A stretch of DNA of 50,145 nucleotides. Source: a virus. Its lineage: Duplodnaviria; Caudoviricetes. Positions 16,621-25,755 of the stretch are shown here, in pieces. Position 1 is the stretch's first letter. Each line of letters begins with the position of its first letter. The stretch lies in the IMG/VR virus record IMGVR_UViG_3300027680_000001, positions 1 to 50,145 of that record, one strand, 5' to 3'. Made by a program: the position numbers and the translations under genes. Below the pieces are notes generated by a model. That model did no database searches. It was given only the letters and a program-made list of their open reading frames with translations, and was not told where the DNA came from.

Positions 16621-17190
16621 TTACTGTGAAATCTCTTCGGATTCCTCAGTAAGCTGTGCCGGCGCAGCAAAGCGCTTCTGAAGCTCTGCAAACATAAGAG
16701 CCATCTGATCTCCAGAAAGACCCATTTGCTTTACCAAGCGCTCAAGCTTCTGCTGATCTGTCAAAGCTCTCTTCGAAGGAGGCTCATTAATAGCCTCTCT
16801 CAAATCGATGACTTGATCGTTGTATGTGGGAGAATTTTCATTCCCTGCTGTCTCTTGCCGCGCTGCCATGAAGGCATTCGCTTTGGAATTTTGCAGATAG
16901 TTCAATCCCGCTTGAATGATATAGAGCCTCTGTGTTTCATCAGGAACAAGCAGATTGAATCCTTCGTCAGAGTTCACTGTGTATTTAATGAACTCGTTCT
17001 GATTCCATTGCTGGTAACCATCTTTCTCAAGCTTGGTCCATGAAAGATTCTTCACAGATTCTTGCTTTGCGTTGAAGTCCTTGATTCCGCCATCCTCTTT
17101 AAGGGTGACGTAACCGCGATAGATTACCTTCTCCTGCGAGAGGGAACCTGAATTGTCCTGTCCATTTGGAACAGTTGCTGTTGTTGACAT
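16621..17190 (-). CDS. Hypothetical protein
   Basis: Start moved to MSTTATV (AGGAG RBS); 189 aa; flanked by structured UTRs. Confidence 0.7.
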   Translation of the reverse strand: MSTTATVPNGQDNSGSLSQEKVIYRGYVTLKEDGGIKDFNAKQESVKNLSWTKLEKDGYQQWNQNEFIKYTVNSDEGFNLLVPDETQRLYIIQAGLNYLQNSKANAFMAARQETAGNENSPTYNDQVIDLREAINEPPSKRALTDQQKLERLVKQMGLSGDQMALMFAELQKRFAAPAQLTEESEEISQ

Positions 17191-17229
17191 TGTTATTGCT
17201 CCTTGTATTCTCAGGTAGTAACCTAAGAA

Positions 17230-17369
17230 ATTAAGTGCATGTTCTTTATGCACTCTGTAGGAGAGAGGAACTGCTAAAGGGAGAATCTCTATAAAGCTCT
17301 CAGTTTCTCTATAGAGCAAGACCTTTGCGTTCTAATCTCTCTCCTACAGAATGCACTTAATGCATTCTG
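17230..17369 (-). ncRNA. Structured intergenic RNA / leader
   Basis: 19-bp stem 17249-17267/17337-17355 with G-U on the - strand, nested inner stems, and alternative pairings 17230-17240/17351-17361 and 17347-17369. Confidence 0.45.
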
Positions 17370-17443
17370 CCTTACAATGGTTCTTCCAGAACTACCCCTG
17401 TGATTTAAAGAGTATCTTCTATACGATACCCTCCTTTCTTTTC

Positions 17444-17683
17444 TTACTCGGAGAGAATCTTGTGAATCTCTCCGTATGTAAGATTGTTAATGGTCACGAT
17501 ATGCTTATTAATCATATCAAGCATATCATAAAGATCTGCTAAGAACCCAACTTGAAGCTCATTGTTGTTTGAGAAAAAATAGTCATAATCTTCTGAGCTT
17601 GCTATACGGATTCGAATCTTTAACTCAATTTCTTTATCCACAGGAAATTGAGTTGTAGGTATTTGCGTGACAGTAGCAGCCAT
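17444..17683 (-). CDS. Hypothetical protein
   Basis: Start moved to MAATVTQ, downstream of the promoter and GGAGG. Confidence 0.6.
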   Translation of the reverse strand: MAATVTQIPTTQFPVDKEIELKIRIRIASSEDYDYFFSNNNELQVGFLADLYDMLDMINKHIVTINNLTYGEIHKILSE

Positions 17684-17708
17684 TCTTTCGCCACCCCTCC
17701 TATTTACC

Positions 17709-17737
17709 ATGATACAGGGTTTTTTTGTGAATGTCAA
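17709..17737 (-). promoter_or_regulatory. Sigma70-type promoter
   Basis: TTGACA-17-TATCAT. Confidence 0.75.
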
Positions 17738-17751
17738 GTGCTAAAATCGCG

Positions 17752-17991
17752 CTATGCGTTTTGTATAGCTTCGATCTGCTCCTGCGTTACTTCAGGAAGA
17801 TTGATCTCTGCTACGAAGTAAAGCGTATCGCTTGGACGATAAGCAGAATACCTCTCTTTCTGTACTGTGACGAACATCTCAGCAACATCGCGCTGATCGA
17901 AGATTTCTTCAAAAGCCCAGCGAGAGGTTTTACCGTCTTTGTTCGCGTAGCGTGAAAGATCGCGCCTGAATACAACGTAAATGTTTGCCAT
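17752..17991 (-). CDS. Hypothetical protein
   Basis: AGGAG RBS; 79 aa. Confidence 0.65.
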   Translation of the reverse strand: MANIYVVFRRDLSRYANKDGKTSRWAFEEIFDQRDVAEMFVTVQKERYSAYRPSDTLYFVAEINLPEVTQEQIEAIQNA

Positions 17992-18066
17992 GTTTTTTTA
18001 TTTCTCCTTTTAGATCATAAGATCTGCAATACCCATTCATCGCATGAGATGTGAGTATTGCAGAGC

Positions 18067-18552
18067 TTAGAACCAAGTTCTGTGATTCTCTGCGATCCAC
18101 TCCCCGCCGTCATCGCTACATTCGATATGCCATTTTACATCATCTGGTACTTCCACAATCTTAAGATCATCACCAGCAAATGATCCAAGCTCCTTTATTA
18201 CTTGAATCAATAGAGGATCTGTTCTATCTTCTCTTATTGATCCAATATCATACGATGAGATGTAATGTTCATTAAACCAAACACTTTCCTCATTAGAGGA
18301 TGGAACGTTTGGATTTGGAAACCATTCTGGAACATTGGCGAATTCAAGATCATATGATCTGTTGAATTTACACGCCTCTTCTTTTGTAAGAAGAATAGGT
18401 AGCGCTTTATAGTATTCATGCTCATTCTCAAACTCTGAGGAACTTCTCTTCTTAAACGCATAAAGAGGTTTGTTTTGAAGCTCAAAAAACCTAAACATTC
18501 CCTGTGGTGAGAGTTGGAATGATCCATATCCCGTACAAATTGCAATTTTCAT
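18067..18552 (-). CDS. Conserved-looking phage hypothetical protein
   Basis: KIAICTGYGSFQLS..RTDPLLIQVIKELG..LKIVEVPDDVKWHI..GEWIAENHRTW, a pattern typical of a common phage family. Confidence 0.75.
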   Translation of the reverse strand: MKIAICTGYGSFQLSPQGMFRFFELQNKPLYAFKKRSSSEFENEHEYYKALPILLTKEEACKFNRSYDLEFANVPEWFPNPNVPSSNEESVWFNEHYISSYDIGSIREDRTDPLLIQVIKELGSFAGDDLKIVEVPDDVKWHIECSDDGGEWIAENHRTWF

Positions 18553-18654
18553 TGAGATTTTCCTTTCTCTTTAGAGCCTGTGCTCTCTATATCCATGCTT
18601 CGTATCTATGATGCATAGATATAGAGAAAGCAGGTTCGCTTTCTCCAGCTTACG

Positions 18655-18879
18655 CTATTCTGTAAGCTTAATCCATGATGCCATCGGCGATTGATTCCAA
18701 TTCTTCCACATCGTAGATAACATATTCAATGGAAATGTAGCAACGCCATTCTTATTCCATCGAACGATACATCCATTGGATGTTCCTTTATAGGAGGTAG
18801 AGTGTACTTTACCCTCTCCATGAGATCTCCCAATGATCTTATCACCGGGCTTAAGATTGAGAAATTCTTCTCTTGTCAC
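18655..18879 (-). CDS. Small SH3/KOW-like protein
   Basis: LKPGDKIIGRSHGEGKV; AGGAG RBS. Confidence 0.6.
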   Translation of the reverse strand: MTREEFLNLKPGDKIIGRSHGEGKVHSTSYKGTSNGCIVRWNKNGVATFPLNMLSTMWKNWNQSPMASWIKLTE

Positions 18880-18890
18880 TTATTCTCTCC

Positions 18891-19067
18891 TTATTTCGAG
18901 AATAAAAATCCAATTAAGCAAAATACTCCAGATACTACAATTCCGAGTATCGCTAGGCCAAAGTAAAGAACAATCAATCCTATAGCGAAGTGAATTATCG
19001 CTGGAAGATTGATTATCACGAGAATGATTATTCCCATGAGAATTGCTATTCCGAGAGCTTTATTCAT
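18891..19067 (-). CDS. Small hydrophobic membrane protein (not in ORF track)
   Basis: 58 aa MNKALGIAILMGIIILVIINLPAIIHFAIGLIVLYFGLAILGIVVSGVFCLIGFLFSK; ATGA overlap. Confidence 0.55.
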   Translation of the reverse strand: MNKALGIAILMGIIILVIINLPAIIHFAIGLIVLYFGLAILGIVVSGVFCLIGFLFSK

Positions 19068-19279
19068 TTAGGCTCCATATCAATCGCTTGGATATCTACT
19101 CCAGCAGAATCATCTGTTGTTGATCCTATCACACGGATCTTGTAGAATTTGATTCCATCCTCATCTTCTATAGAGAGAATAGCTTCGCCAGAGTCTAAAC
19201 GCACGAAATCCATTCTTCGCACGTTCATAGCTTGCAAGAAAAGAGGGAATTCAGCATTCCCTCCAATTGTTGTAATCAT
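19064..19279 (-). CDS. Hypothetical protein
   Basis: 71 aa, overlapping neighbours. Confidence 0.55.
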   Translation of the reverse strand: MITTIGGNAEFPLFLQAMNVRRMDFVRLDSGEAILSIEDEDGIKFYKIRVIGSTTDDSAGVDIQAIDMEPK

Positions 19280-19368
19280 CGCGATAACTCCAATCCCACG
19301 AAATATCCAAAGAGCGTGAGCCCCGCGAAGAGTAAAGATGTGATAACTACTATTCTCAAATTTTTCAT
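19276..19368 (-). CDS. 30-aa single-TM peptide (not in ORF track)
   Basis: MKNLRIVVITSLLFAGLTLFGYFVGLELSR; GGAGG upstream; ATGA overlaps at both ends. Confidence 0.5.
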   Translation of the reverse strand: MKNLRIVVITSLLFAGLTLFGYFVGLELSR

Positions 19369-19667
19369 CCTCCTATGTTCTCCCATCCTCTAGGATGTGT
19401 AGCGTGATAGATTGTTACATCATCGTTGAGATTCTCAAAAGCATCTCCTTCTTCAACAGGAGGATATACTACCGAGATGTTCTTCTCTATAAAACGCTGT
19501 AAGCATTCCCTACCGCATAGGCAAGGAATGCCTAGAGCAACTTCGTTCATATCGAATTGGTATATCTTTATAGAGCTTTCACGAAGCTCGCACATATACC
19601 AATTGTTTGTCTCACCTTTGATACATCCACAAGCATTACACTTTGCAGAGGGAGGAATATAGGTCAT
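19365..19667 (-). CDS. Zinc-finger hypothetical protein
   Basis: CNACG..K...N.W..CLCGREC. Confidence 0.65.
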   Translation of the reverse strand: MTYIPPSAKCNACGCIKGETNNWYMCELRESSIKIYQFDMNEVALGIPCLCGRECLQRFIEKNISVVYPPVEEGDAFENLNDDVTIYHATHPRGWENIGG

Positions 19668-19876
19668 TCTTTCCCCTCTTTCTTAGAGATCCTATCTGCT
19701 TCAGTAAACGCGCTATCAATCTCGCGCATTAGATTCTGTTGCGCGGTGACGTATAAGAGTTGAAGTTGCTTATACGTCACCGTATTCGTTGGAACATCGC
19801 CAAAGATCAACGCTAATGTAACTTCCATTAGCGATTCCTGTTTCTGAGCAAATGCTGATTCTCCTGATTCTTTCAT
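19664..19876 (-). CDS. Hypothetical protein
   Basis: 70 aa; GAGGA RBS. Confidence 0.55.
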   Translation of the reverse strand: MKESGESAFAQKQESLMEVTLALIFGDVPTNTVTYKQLQLLYVTAQQNLMREIDSAFTEADRISKKEGKE

Positions 19877-19881
19877 GCTTT

Positions 19882-20343
19882 TTATTCCTCTTTCTTTTTC
19901 AAAATGTACCTATCTGATTCAGCATCATATTCATAATTAGGATCATTTGATTTATCCCAATATGGTTTTGGATTTGGATTAAATGTCCCATCAATTAATG
20001 AACGCGCTATTCTTGACATTTCAGAATTTCCTGATAGAAGTTCAATCCTAGCCGCCATTTGTTTATGATCTATATTATCCACATTTATAGATGTTCCAAT
20101 TATTAAGGAAACCTCTGAACTTATCCCAATCGCTTTCGCACGATCATACGCAGCGTGAGCTAACTCGCGCTCTTTCGTAGCTGCGCTTAATGCTTGCTTT
20201 TTAATTGTGAGAATTATTGTCTTCTCAAGCTCAGAGATATTGCTATGATTAAGGCTCTGCCTTGTATTCCACAAATCTCTCGCCGCTTCAGAATGCGCTT
20301 TATCAGCATCATTCGCTCTCTTTACAATATCCAAAGTGAGCAT
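19882..20343 (-). CDS. Hypothetical early protein
   Basis: Start moved to MLTLDIV (GGAGG RBS directly after the promoter). Confidence 0.65.
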   Translation of the reverse strand: MLTLDIVKRANDADKAHSEAARDLWNTRQSLNHSNISELEKTIILTIKKQALSAATKERELAHAAYDRAKAIGISSEVSLIIGTSINVDNIDHKQMAARIELLSGNSEMSRIARSLIDGTFNPNPKPYWDKSNDPNYEYDAESDRYILKKKEE

Positions 20344-20362
20344 AGATTCCTCCAATCTATAT

Positions 20363-20391
20363 ATGCTATACCCCTTCGGGTGGGTTGTCAA
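20363..20391 (-). promoter_or_regulatory. Sigma70-type promoter
   Basis: TTGACA-17-TAGCAT; shares GCAC immediately 5' of -35 with the 17737 promoter. Confidence 0.7.
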
Positions 20392-20560
20392 GTGCAAAAT
20401 GTGTCGCGTAAGTCGCGTATTATCAAGCGCATAGCCCTATACCGGGTACTCTGGTACGTTACTATTCAACATTTATATGCGCGATGCGCTGCGCATGAGA
20501 GAGTTGCGCTGCACTTCAGCCTGCTCTTTTTTTTCAATTGCTCTTTTTTTTATTTTTCAT

Positions 20561-20622
<62 letters not shown>

Positions 20623-20793
20623 AGAAAAATTGCGAAAAGTGATTTTCGCGCGCGCGTCGCTCGCCCGCGCGCCACAGGGGGGTGCAGTGAAATGATAACC
20701 CACCAACCACCCAACCCCCCTTTATTGATTCCAAAGGGTTTAACATGCTGTTTAACACCATCCCGGTAGGTACTCAATCTCATTTATTTCGAA

Positions 20794-20842
20794 GAGAGAG
20801 AGAGATGGCTTCGCAAAAGAGAGAGAGAGAGAGAGAGAGAGA
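20794..20842. repeat. GA dinucleotide microsatellites, (GA)6 and (GA)12
   Basis: 20794-20805 and 20819-20842. Confidence 0.9.
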
Positions 20843-20844
20843 TT

Positions 20845-20891
20845 CTTCTTTTATATAAGAGCATAAGATATATGCTCTTATATAAAAGAAG
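20845..20891. repeat. Perfect 21-bp inverted repeat with 5-nt loop
   Basis: CTTCTTTTATATAAGAGCATA-agata-TATGCTCTTATATAAAAGAAG. Confidence 0.9.
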
Positions 20892-20910
20892 GGAGCGCTT
20901 TCACGCTCCC
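20884..20910 (-). terminator. Intrinsic terminator
   Basis: GGGAGCG-TGAAAG-CGCTCCC-TTCTTTT immediately after ORF 20917..21384. Confidence 0.8.
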
Positions 20911-20916
20911 ACTCTT

Positions 20917-21384
20917 TTATCTCACATCCTTTGGATCAACTCTCATTGTGACGCAGGTTGTAATGAACGCAGTCTCGGTGTCATCGTCCAGTTTCAGCTT
21001 ACCCCTGAGTAGAGCATCCTTCAAGGACTCCATCAAAGCTTTCCGTTGAGCCGGAGTTACAACGTTGCGAATTTCCTCAATTCGCGTGAACGCTTGTTTT
21101 TGAATCACCTCCGCCTCTGAGATGGTAGAGCGATACCAGTTCAGAAGGGTATTCAAATACCCTTGTTTGTTCTGTGAGAAAATCCGGTCGTTTGCATCCT
21201 TCTGCAAACGAGAGACGATAGATGCTAACAGCGCATCCTTGATGCTCTCGAATTCTTTCTCTAGCTTCTCCCTGTCGTTTGGGAGAATCTTAGAGCGAAG
21301 TGCGTTTTCTTGCGCTTCAGTGAGAAATTGCGCAAGGTCAAGAGTCAACGCGCGTGTGGACTCTGTTTTCGTTTCGTTTGGCAT
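20917..21384 (-). CDS. Hypothetical early helical protein
   Basis: AGGAG RBS; 155 aa. Confidence 0.7.
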   Translation of the reverse strand: MPNETKTESTRALTLDLAQFLTEAQENALRSKILPNDREKLEKEFESIKDALLASIVSRLQKDANDRIFSQNKQGYLNTLLNWYRSTISEAEVIQKQAFTRIEEIRNVVTPAQRKALMESLKDALLRGKLKLDDDTETAFITTCVTMRVDPKDVR

Positions 21385-21562
21385 TTTACATTCTCCTAGT
21401 TAGTCTTGGACTGTATAAGAGGGACATAGTTCTCCCTATAGGTCTGAATCTGCGTGCATACGCTGCAAAGCGTAGCTACGGTCTAGTATCAGGATGGAGT
21501 ATCCCTCTTATACAATCCAAATCCATGTATCCTATCTCTGAGTGGGGGATGCCCCACTTGTT

Positions 21563-21805
21563 TTACAGTATATCTATGAGGATGCGTGTTGCAAGATACA
21601 GCTTGTAACGCGCATAGCTCATATCATTGGTTGTGAGTATATTCTTCACCCACAAGACAGTGATATGGTGATATACGTTGTTAAGAATTCTCAGACCTTG
21701 TACAGCTTCCTCAGATGTGAGGTTTCTGTATAGGTTGAGACTGCCGTCGTCATTGCGTTCAACTTCATCAATGACACTGAGAGTAGAGTTATTGCTATTG
21801 CTCAT
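21563..21805 (-). CDS. Hypothetical early protein enclosed by inverted repeats
   Basis: Start moved to MSNSNNS (GGAGG RBS); 80 aa. Confidence 0.65.
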   Translation of the reverse strand: MSNSNNSTLSVIDEVERNDDGSLNLYRNLTSEEAVQGLRILNNVYHHITVLWVKNILTTNDMSYARYKLYLATRILIDIL

Positions 21806-21888
21806 TGTTCCATCCTCCACTCAGAGGCAGGATACACGGATTCCCGAGTTACAAAATGTTAGATGCAAGGCAACCGTGCAAGGTTGCC

Positions 21889-22242
21889 TCAATTCTCAAT
21901 TACTTCCCAGTTGCTCTGTTTTTGTGTTCGGCGCAATTCGTCGATTGTCACCTGACGTTCCGTTCCAACCGTAACCTTGTGTTTGGGTTCAACCGTGAAC
22001 GTTACTGCTGTAAGGCTACGCTCAGGTATACGCTGAGTCATAAGACTAAGGACCGGAGTCAATACACCGTGTCGTGCCTTAAGGATAAGGTACTGTTTCA
22101 GTTCCGCGTCGGTCCACTTTCTGTTGTGCGCTGGCAACGTATATACAGGCACGTTCTTCGTTCCTGCCGTTGCGCGTCCAATCTTGGAATTGTCTGGAGT
22201 CCATGTTTCAGTCCCGGCGGAATCTTGACGGTAGATAGGCAT
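21889..22242 (-). CDS. Hypothetical early protein
   Basis: GAAAGG RBS; first gene of the - strand block. Confidence 0.6.
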   Translation of the reverse strand: MPIYRQDSAGTETWTPDNSKIGRATAGTKNVPVYTLPAHNRKWTDAELKQYLILKARHGVLTPVLSLMTQRIPERSLTAVTFTVEPKHKVTVGTERQVTIDELRRTQKQSNWEVIEN

Positions 22243-22629
22243 TTGTAACCTTTCGCTGTACCTATAGGTACGATGGTAAGATGCTACGAAGCTCTTCGTA
22301 GGTTGCTCTGTTACTTATACTCTTTAGTCACCTACTCTTTGGTAACACGTTACTATTTAGACCTTGCGTAACACGCGCGCGCCGTGCTTGAGATATCCTT
22401 GTATAGTGGCTAAGCCACCCGCCTCAAAAAACGCGTTCTCTGCGCGAACGCGGGGGGGCTTCTCTACAAATTTTTTCTGAAATTTTAAAACCGAAGCGTC
22501 CACGCACTGAAGTGTTATAAGATGAGTTTTATTATAAGCTTCGCGCTTCTAGTGCTTCGCGCGCAAGCGCTGAGGGTATTACCCGCGAACCGTGAGGCAT
22601 TTTTGAAGGGGAAAATGCGCAAATCCCTA

Positions 22630-22659
22630 TTGACAACGGCTGCGCGCTTCGCATATAAT
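22630..22659 (+). promoter_or_regulatory. Consensus sigma70 promoter for the packaging/structural block
   Basis: TTGACA-18-TATAAT. Confidence 0.75.
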
Positions 22660-22745
22660 GCAAGACATGGCAGTAGTGTATATAGATTCGAGATCTCCTC
22701 TAATAAGAGCTATAAAGGAGTATGTAACGAAGTTAAAGGAGCTTT

Positions 22746-23441
22746 ATGGGAACACTACATTACGGGGGTTCAGTGAGGCAGAATGCATTCTCAAGCACCC
22801 CAGGATTGAGTCCAGCTCCAGTGCCGAGAAGGAGAGGGCGTAAGAATAGTAATACTTCTTTTCAAGCACAGCGAAGATTCGAGCTTATCGCGAGAATGGA
22901 GAACGCGGGGCTGCCAGAAGCAGCGATTGCGCCTATGTTAAACATAAGTGTTCCACGCTTGAGATATCTCAAGAAGATGCCCGAATATTTGATCGTGAGA
23001 ATGAGGATTACGCATGGAATCATTCTGGATCAGGACGCCAAGATGGAGGAGATTAGAGAACAAAGGAAAGAACTTCTTATTCAGCTATTACCTCCAGCGT
23101 TACAAACCCTCGCAAACACGCTTCTTACACAGCCTCAAAATCACGCAGAGCGTAAGCTTCAAGTCGATGTTGCTAAAGATGTCCTCGACAGAAGCGATAT
23201 CTTCGCAAAGGTATCGCGAACCGAGATTAAGCCAGTTAGTTTTTTTGACTTTGAGAAAACAGACAAGGATTCAAGCGAAGTAATGAGTGTTATAAAGAGT
23301 GCAGCGCCAGCTGCATTAGATACAAGCATAAAAGCTACATTAGAAGCACATACTGCGTTTACTTCAGGAAGTGAAGCTCTCTCTGAAGATGAACAGCAAG
23401 AAGCGCTTGTAGAGTTGGAAAAAGAGGGCGAAGCTTTATGA
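22746..23441 (+). CDS. terS: Terminase small subunit (HTH)
   Basis: HTH-like GLPEAAIAPMLNISVPRL; PALQTL..AKDVLDR; upstream of TerL. Confidence 0.65.
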   Translation: MGTLHYGGSVRQNAFSSTPGLSPAPVPRRRGRKNSNTSFQAQRRFELIARMENAGLPEAAIAPMLNISVPRLRYLKKMPEYLIVRMRITHGIILDQDAKMEEIREQRKELLIQLLPPALQTLANTLLTQPQNHAERKLQVDVAKDVLDRSDIFAKVSRTEIKPVSFFDFEKTDKDSSEVMSVIKSAAPAALDTSIKATLEAHTAFTSGSEALSEDEQQEALVELEKEGEAL

Positions 23442-23878
23442 ATTATAAGATTGAAACAATTCCGCATTATTCGCAGAGATATAATACTGTGGGAGATTTT
23501 TATTATAAACATATGAATGAAATGATGTTAAAGATTTCTGATTTTAGTCCTGCGGTGAATCAGCGAAGTTTTGCTTTTGATGGTGAGGATGTAGCCGCTG
23601 CGGAGCGCTTAGAATTTTGCGTTTTGATTCATGAATTATGCGAAGCATTCCTTTGTCATCAAGCGGGGATTAAGTTTGAAGATATAGATGCATTCGATCT
23701 TGCGCACGAAGATGAAAATGATCCAGGCTCTAATATCGAAGCACCGTATCATTCTCAACACATGCTAGCAGCTGAAGCTGAGCGTTTTATAGCTCAGATT
23801 CTTAATGTAGATTGGGAAGAATATGAAAATGCTGTAAGTAAACTTGTTAATAAAGAGCAGGAGATTAAGAGTGTGTGA
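23438..23878 (+). CDS. Metal-binding hypothetical protein (HExxE / HxxH)
   Basis: VLIHELCEAFLC..APYHSQHMLA. Confidence 0.65.
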   Translation: MNYKIETIPHYSQRYNTVGDFYYKHMNEMMLKISDFSPAVNQRSFAFDGEDVAAAERLEFCVLIHELCEAFLCHQAGIKFEDIDAFDLAHEDENDPGSNIEAPYHSQHMLAAEAERFIAQILNVDWEEYENAVSKLVNKEQEIKSV

Positions 23879-25747
23879 GTGAATCAAATAGAGTGCGAGA
23901 TACGAGATTCACTATCTGCACAACGTGGGTTGGAGATAGGATTACTAGGGGAGAGTCTTGTACCTCGTTCTACGATTCTGAATTACAGATTAATAGATAC
24001 GCTAGCGTTAAAGGGGAATGCGAAGAGATTAGCTTTCCGACTCAATTCATTGATGGATCTATATTATTTCTCCACCGTTGTGTTAAGAAGAACAAAATTC
24101 TCGCGAAATCCAGACAAGAGAAGAAATCTTCATTATCAGATGTGTTTATTGGTAATGAAAGACGGATTAAAAGAGGGGATAGAAATCCCCCGTGATCATT
24201 TAAAGAGCACTGTATATAGCGAATGCGCTCCTATATGGTGGGCGCTGCCTTTTGAGCATAGAGAAGAAGATTACTTCGTGAATCTTGGGTATGATGATTT
24301 ATATATCCAATGGATGCGAAGAGCGCATAATCAGGATGTGAGAATTCTTTTGGTATCGGAGACGATAAAAAATGCCACAAAACTCGGCGGTAGAATCGCA
24401 AATCATTATGAGAGTAACGACCTCTTTAGAGAATTATTCTTTGATATTTTACCCACAGAAAGAGAAACATGGACGGCTGACTCTTTACATCAACGACGTA
24501 CTAGCAGCGGAAGGGGACACGGAGAGGGTACTTTCGATTTTATCGGAGTGGGTGCGGCTTTGCAGTCAAGACATTACAATAAGTGTGTCCAGGACGATCT
24601 CGTTGGAAGAGAAGCTCGCAAAAGTGCAGTTGTAATGGCGGATACGATAGATTATCATCAAATTCTTGTTGGAGCAACTGATTCTGACTCAGATGACCCA
24701 GGGAGGGATTTTGATGAACTCGTTGTGGGTAATAGGTGGAGTACAGACGATCTCAATTCACATATACGAAAAGAAGAGTCCTATTTTACATGGACTACGC
24801 ATTCAGCACTTGGAGGGTGTTGTGCATTACATCCTTTTGGCGAGCCGATATATCCAGAGGGATTCACAAAAGAAAAGCTCTTGCGCTGGAAAAAACGTTT
24901 GGGCACATATCACTTCAGTTGTCAATTCCTCAACTTTCCTATTGATCCGACCAAGGCTAGGATCAACATGGGAGATTTCAGATTCTTTCATTTTGAAAAA
25001 ACATACGGGGTATTTACAACTCCCAAGCATACAAAGTGGGAAGATGGAGAGATTATAAAACCTGCTTCGCAATATAGAATTGCGATTAGGCATCATATTG
25101 CTGAAGGAGATGTTGAGAAAGATGTATATCCAAGAAATCTTGAAAGATTTATGGTTGTTGACCCGAATCACGGAGGACAACATTCCACCGGGGAACCCGG
25201 TAAAGGGGGACGATGCAGACATGCTCTTGTGGTGGCTGGGATACTCAGAGATCCAAGAAGAATTTATGTCCTCGATCAATGGGCAGAGGCGTGTTCTATT
25301 GAGAGCTTTATAAAGAAGATCTTTTTTCTAGCCTTAAAATGGAAACTTACTAAGGTTTATGTTGAAGCAGTCGCAGCGCAGAAGTTCTTGCTTTATCATT
25401 TAAGGTATTTTGTGGCCCGAAATCGCAAGGAGCATCCTGATCTGGCTTCGATTCAATTTTTAGAATTAAAGAGTTCTCAGAATATAAACGCGAAAGAGGA
25501 GAGAATTGATAATTTTATTCCGATTATTGAGAGGCATGAGGTTTTCTTAGACGCTAATAATAGCGCAGAGCTGAGGGAAGAAGCCGAAGCGTGGGGGCAA
25601 AAAAGGTACTTGATAGATCTTTTAGATGTACTCTCTTATATTCCTCAAGTTGCGAACTTTGATACAGCAGATGAGGATGAAGTTGAGGAGTTCTTGGATA
25701 AGCAGAAGGCGCTTTATCTCAAGAGAGTGAGAATGCTAAGTGCGTAG
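23879..25747 (+). CDS. terL: Terminase large subunit
   Basis: Walker A IPRDHLKST, Walker B VQDDLV, coupling motif VGNRW, FSCQFLN, RNase H-like VVDP and VEAVAAQ, final DLLD. Confidence 0.9.
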   Translation: MNQIECEIRDSLSAQRGLEIGLLGESLVPRSTILNYRLIDTLALKGNAKRLAFRLNSLMDLYYFSTVVLRRTKFSRNPDKRRNLHYQMCLLVMKDGLKEGIEIPRDHLKSTVYSECAPIWWALPFEHREEDYFVNLGYDDLYIQWMRRAHNQDVRILLVSETIKNATKLGGRIANHYESNDLFRELFFDILPTERETWTADSLHQRRTSSGRGHGEGTFDFIGVGAALQSRHYNKCVQDDLVGREARKSAVVMADTIDYHQILVGATDSDSDDPGRDFDELVVGNRWSTDDLNSHIRKEESYFTWTTHSALGGCCALHPFGEPIYPEGFTKEKLLRWKKRLGTYHFSCQFLNFPIDPTKARINMGDFRFFHFEKTYGVFTTPKHTKWEDGEIIKPASQYRIAIRHHIAEGDVEKDVYPRNLERFMVVDPNHGGQHSTGEPGKGGRCRHALVVAGILRDPRRIYVLDQWAEACSIESFIKKIFFLALKWKLTKVYVEAVAAQKFLLYHLRYFVARNRKEHPDLASIQFLELKSSQNINAKEERIDNFIPIIERHEVFLDANNSAELREEAEAWGQKRYLIDLLDVLSYIPQVANFDTADEDEVEEFLDKQKALYLKRVRMLSA

Positions 25748-25755
25748 GAGATTCT

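Noticed and set aside
22522-22843. ORFs 22522..22776 and 22658..22843
   Set aside because: They overlap the consensus promoter or terS and lack an RBS; a leaderless short ORF from 22667 cannot be excluded but is unsupported.
23875-24195. Alternative-frame ORF at the terL start suggesting a frameshift
   Set aside because: terL is open from GTG 23879; no slippery site or protein-like signal in the other frame.
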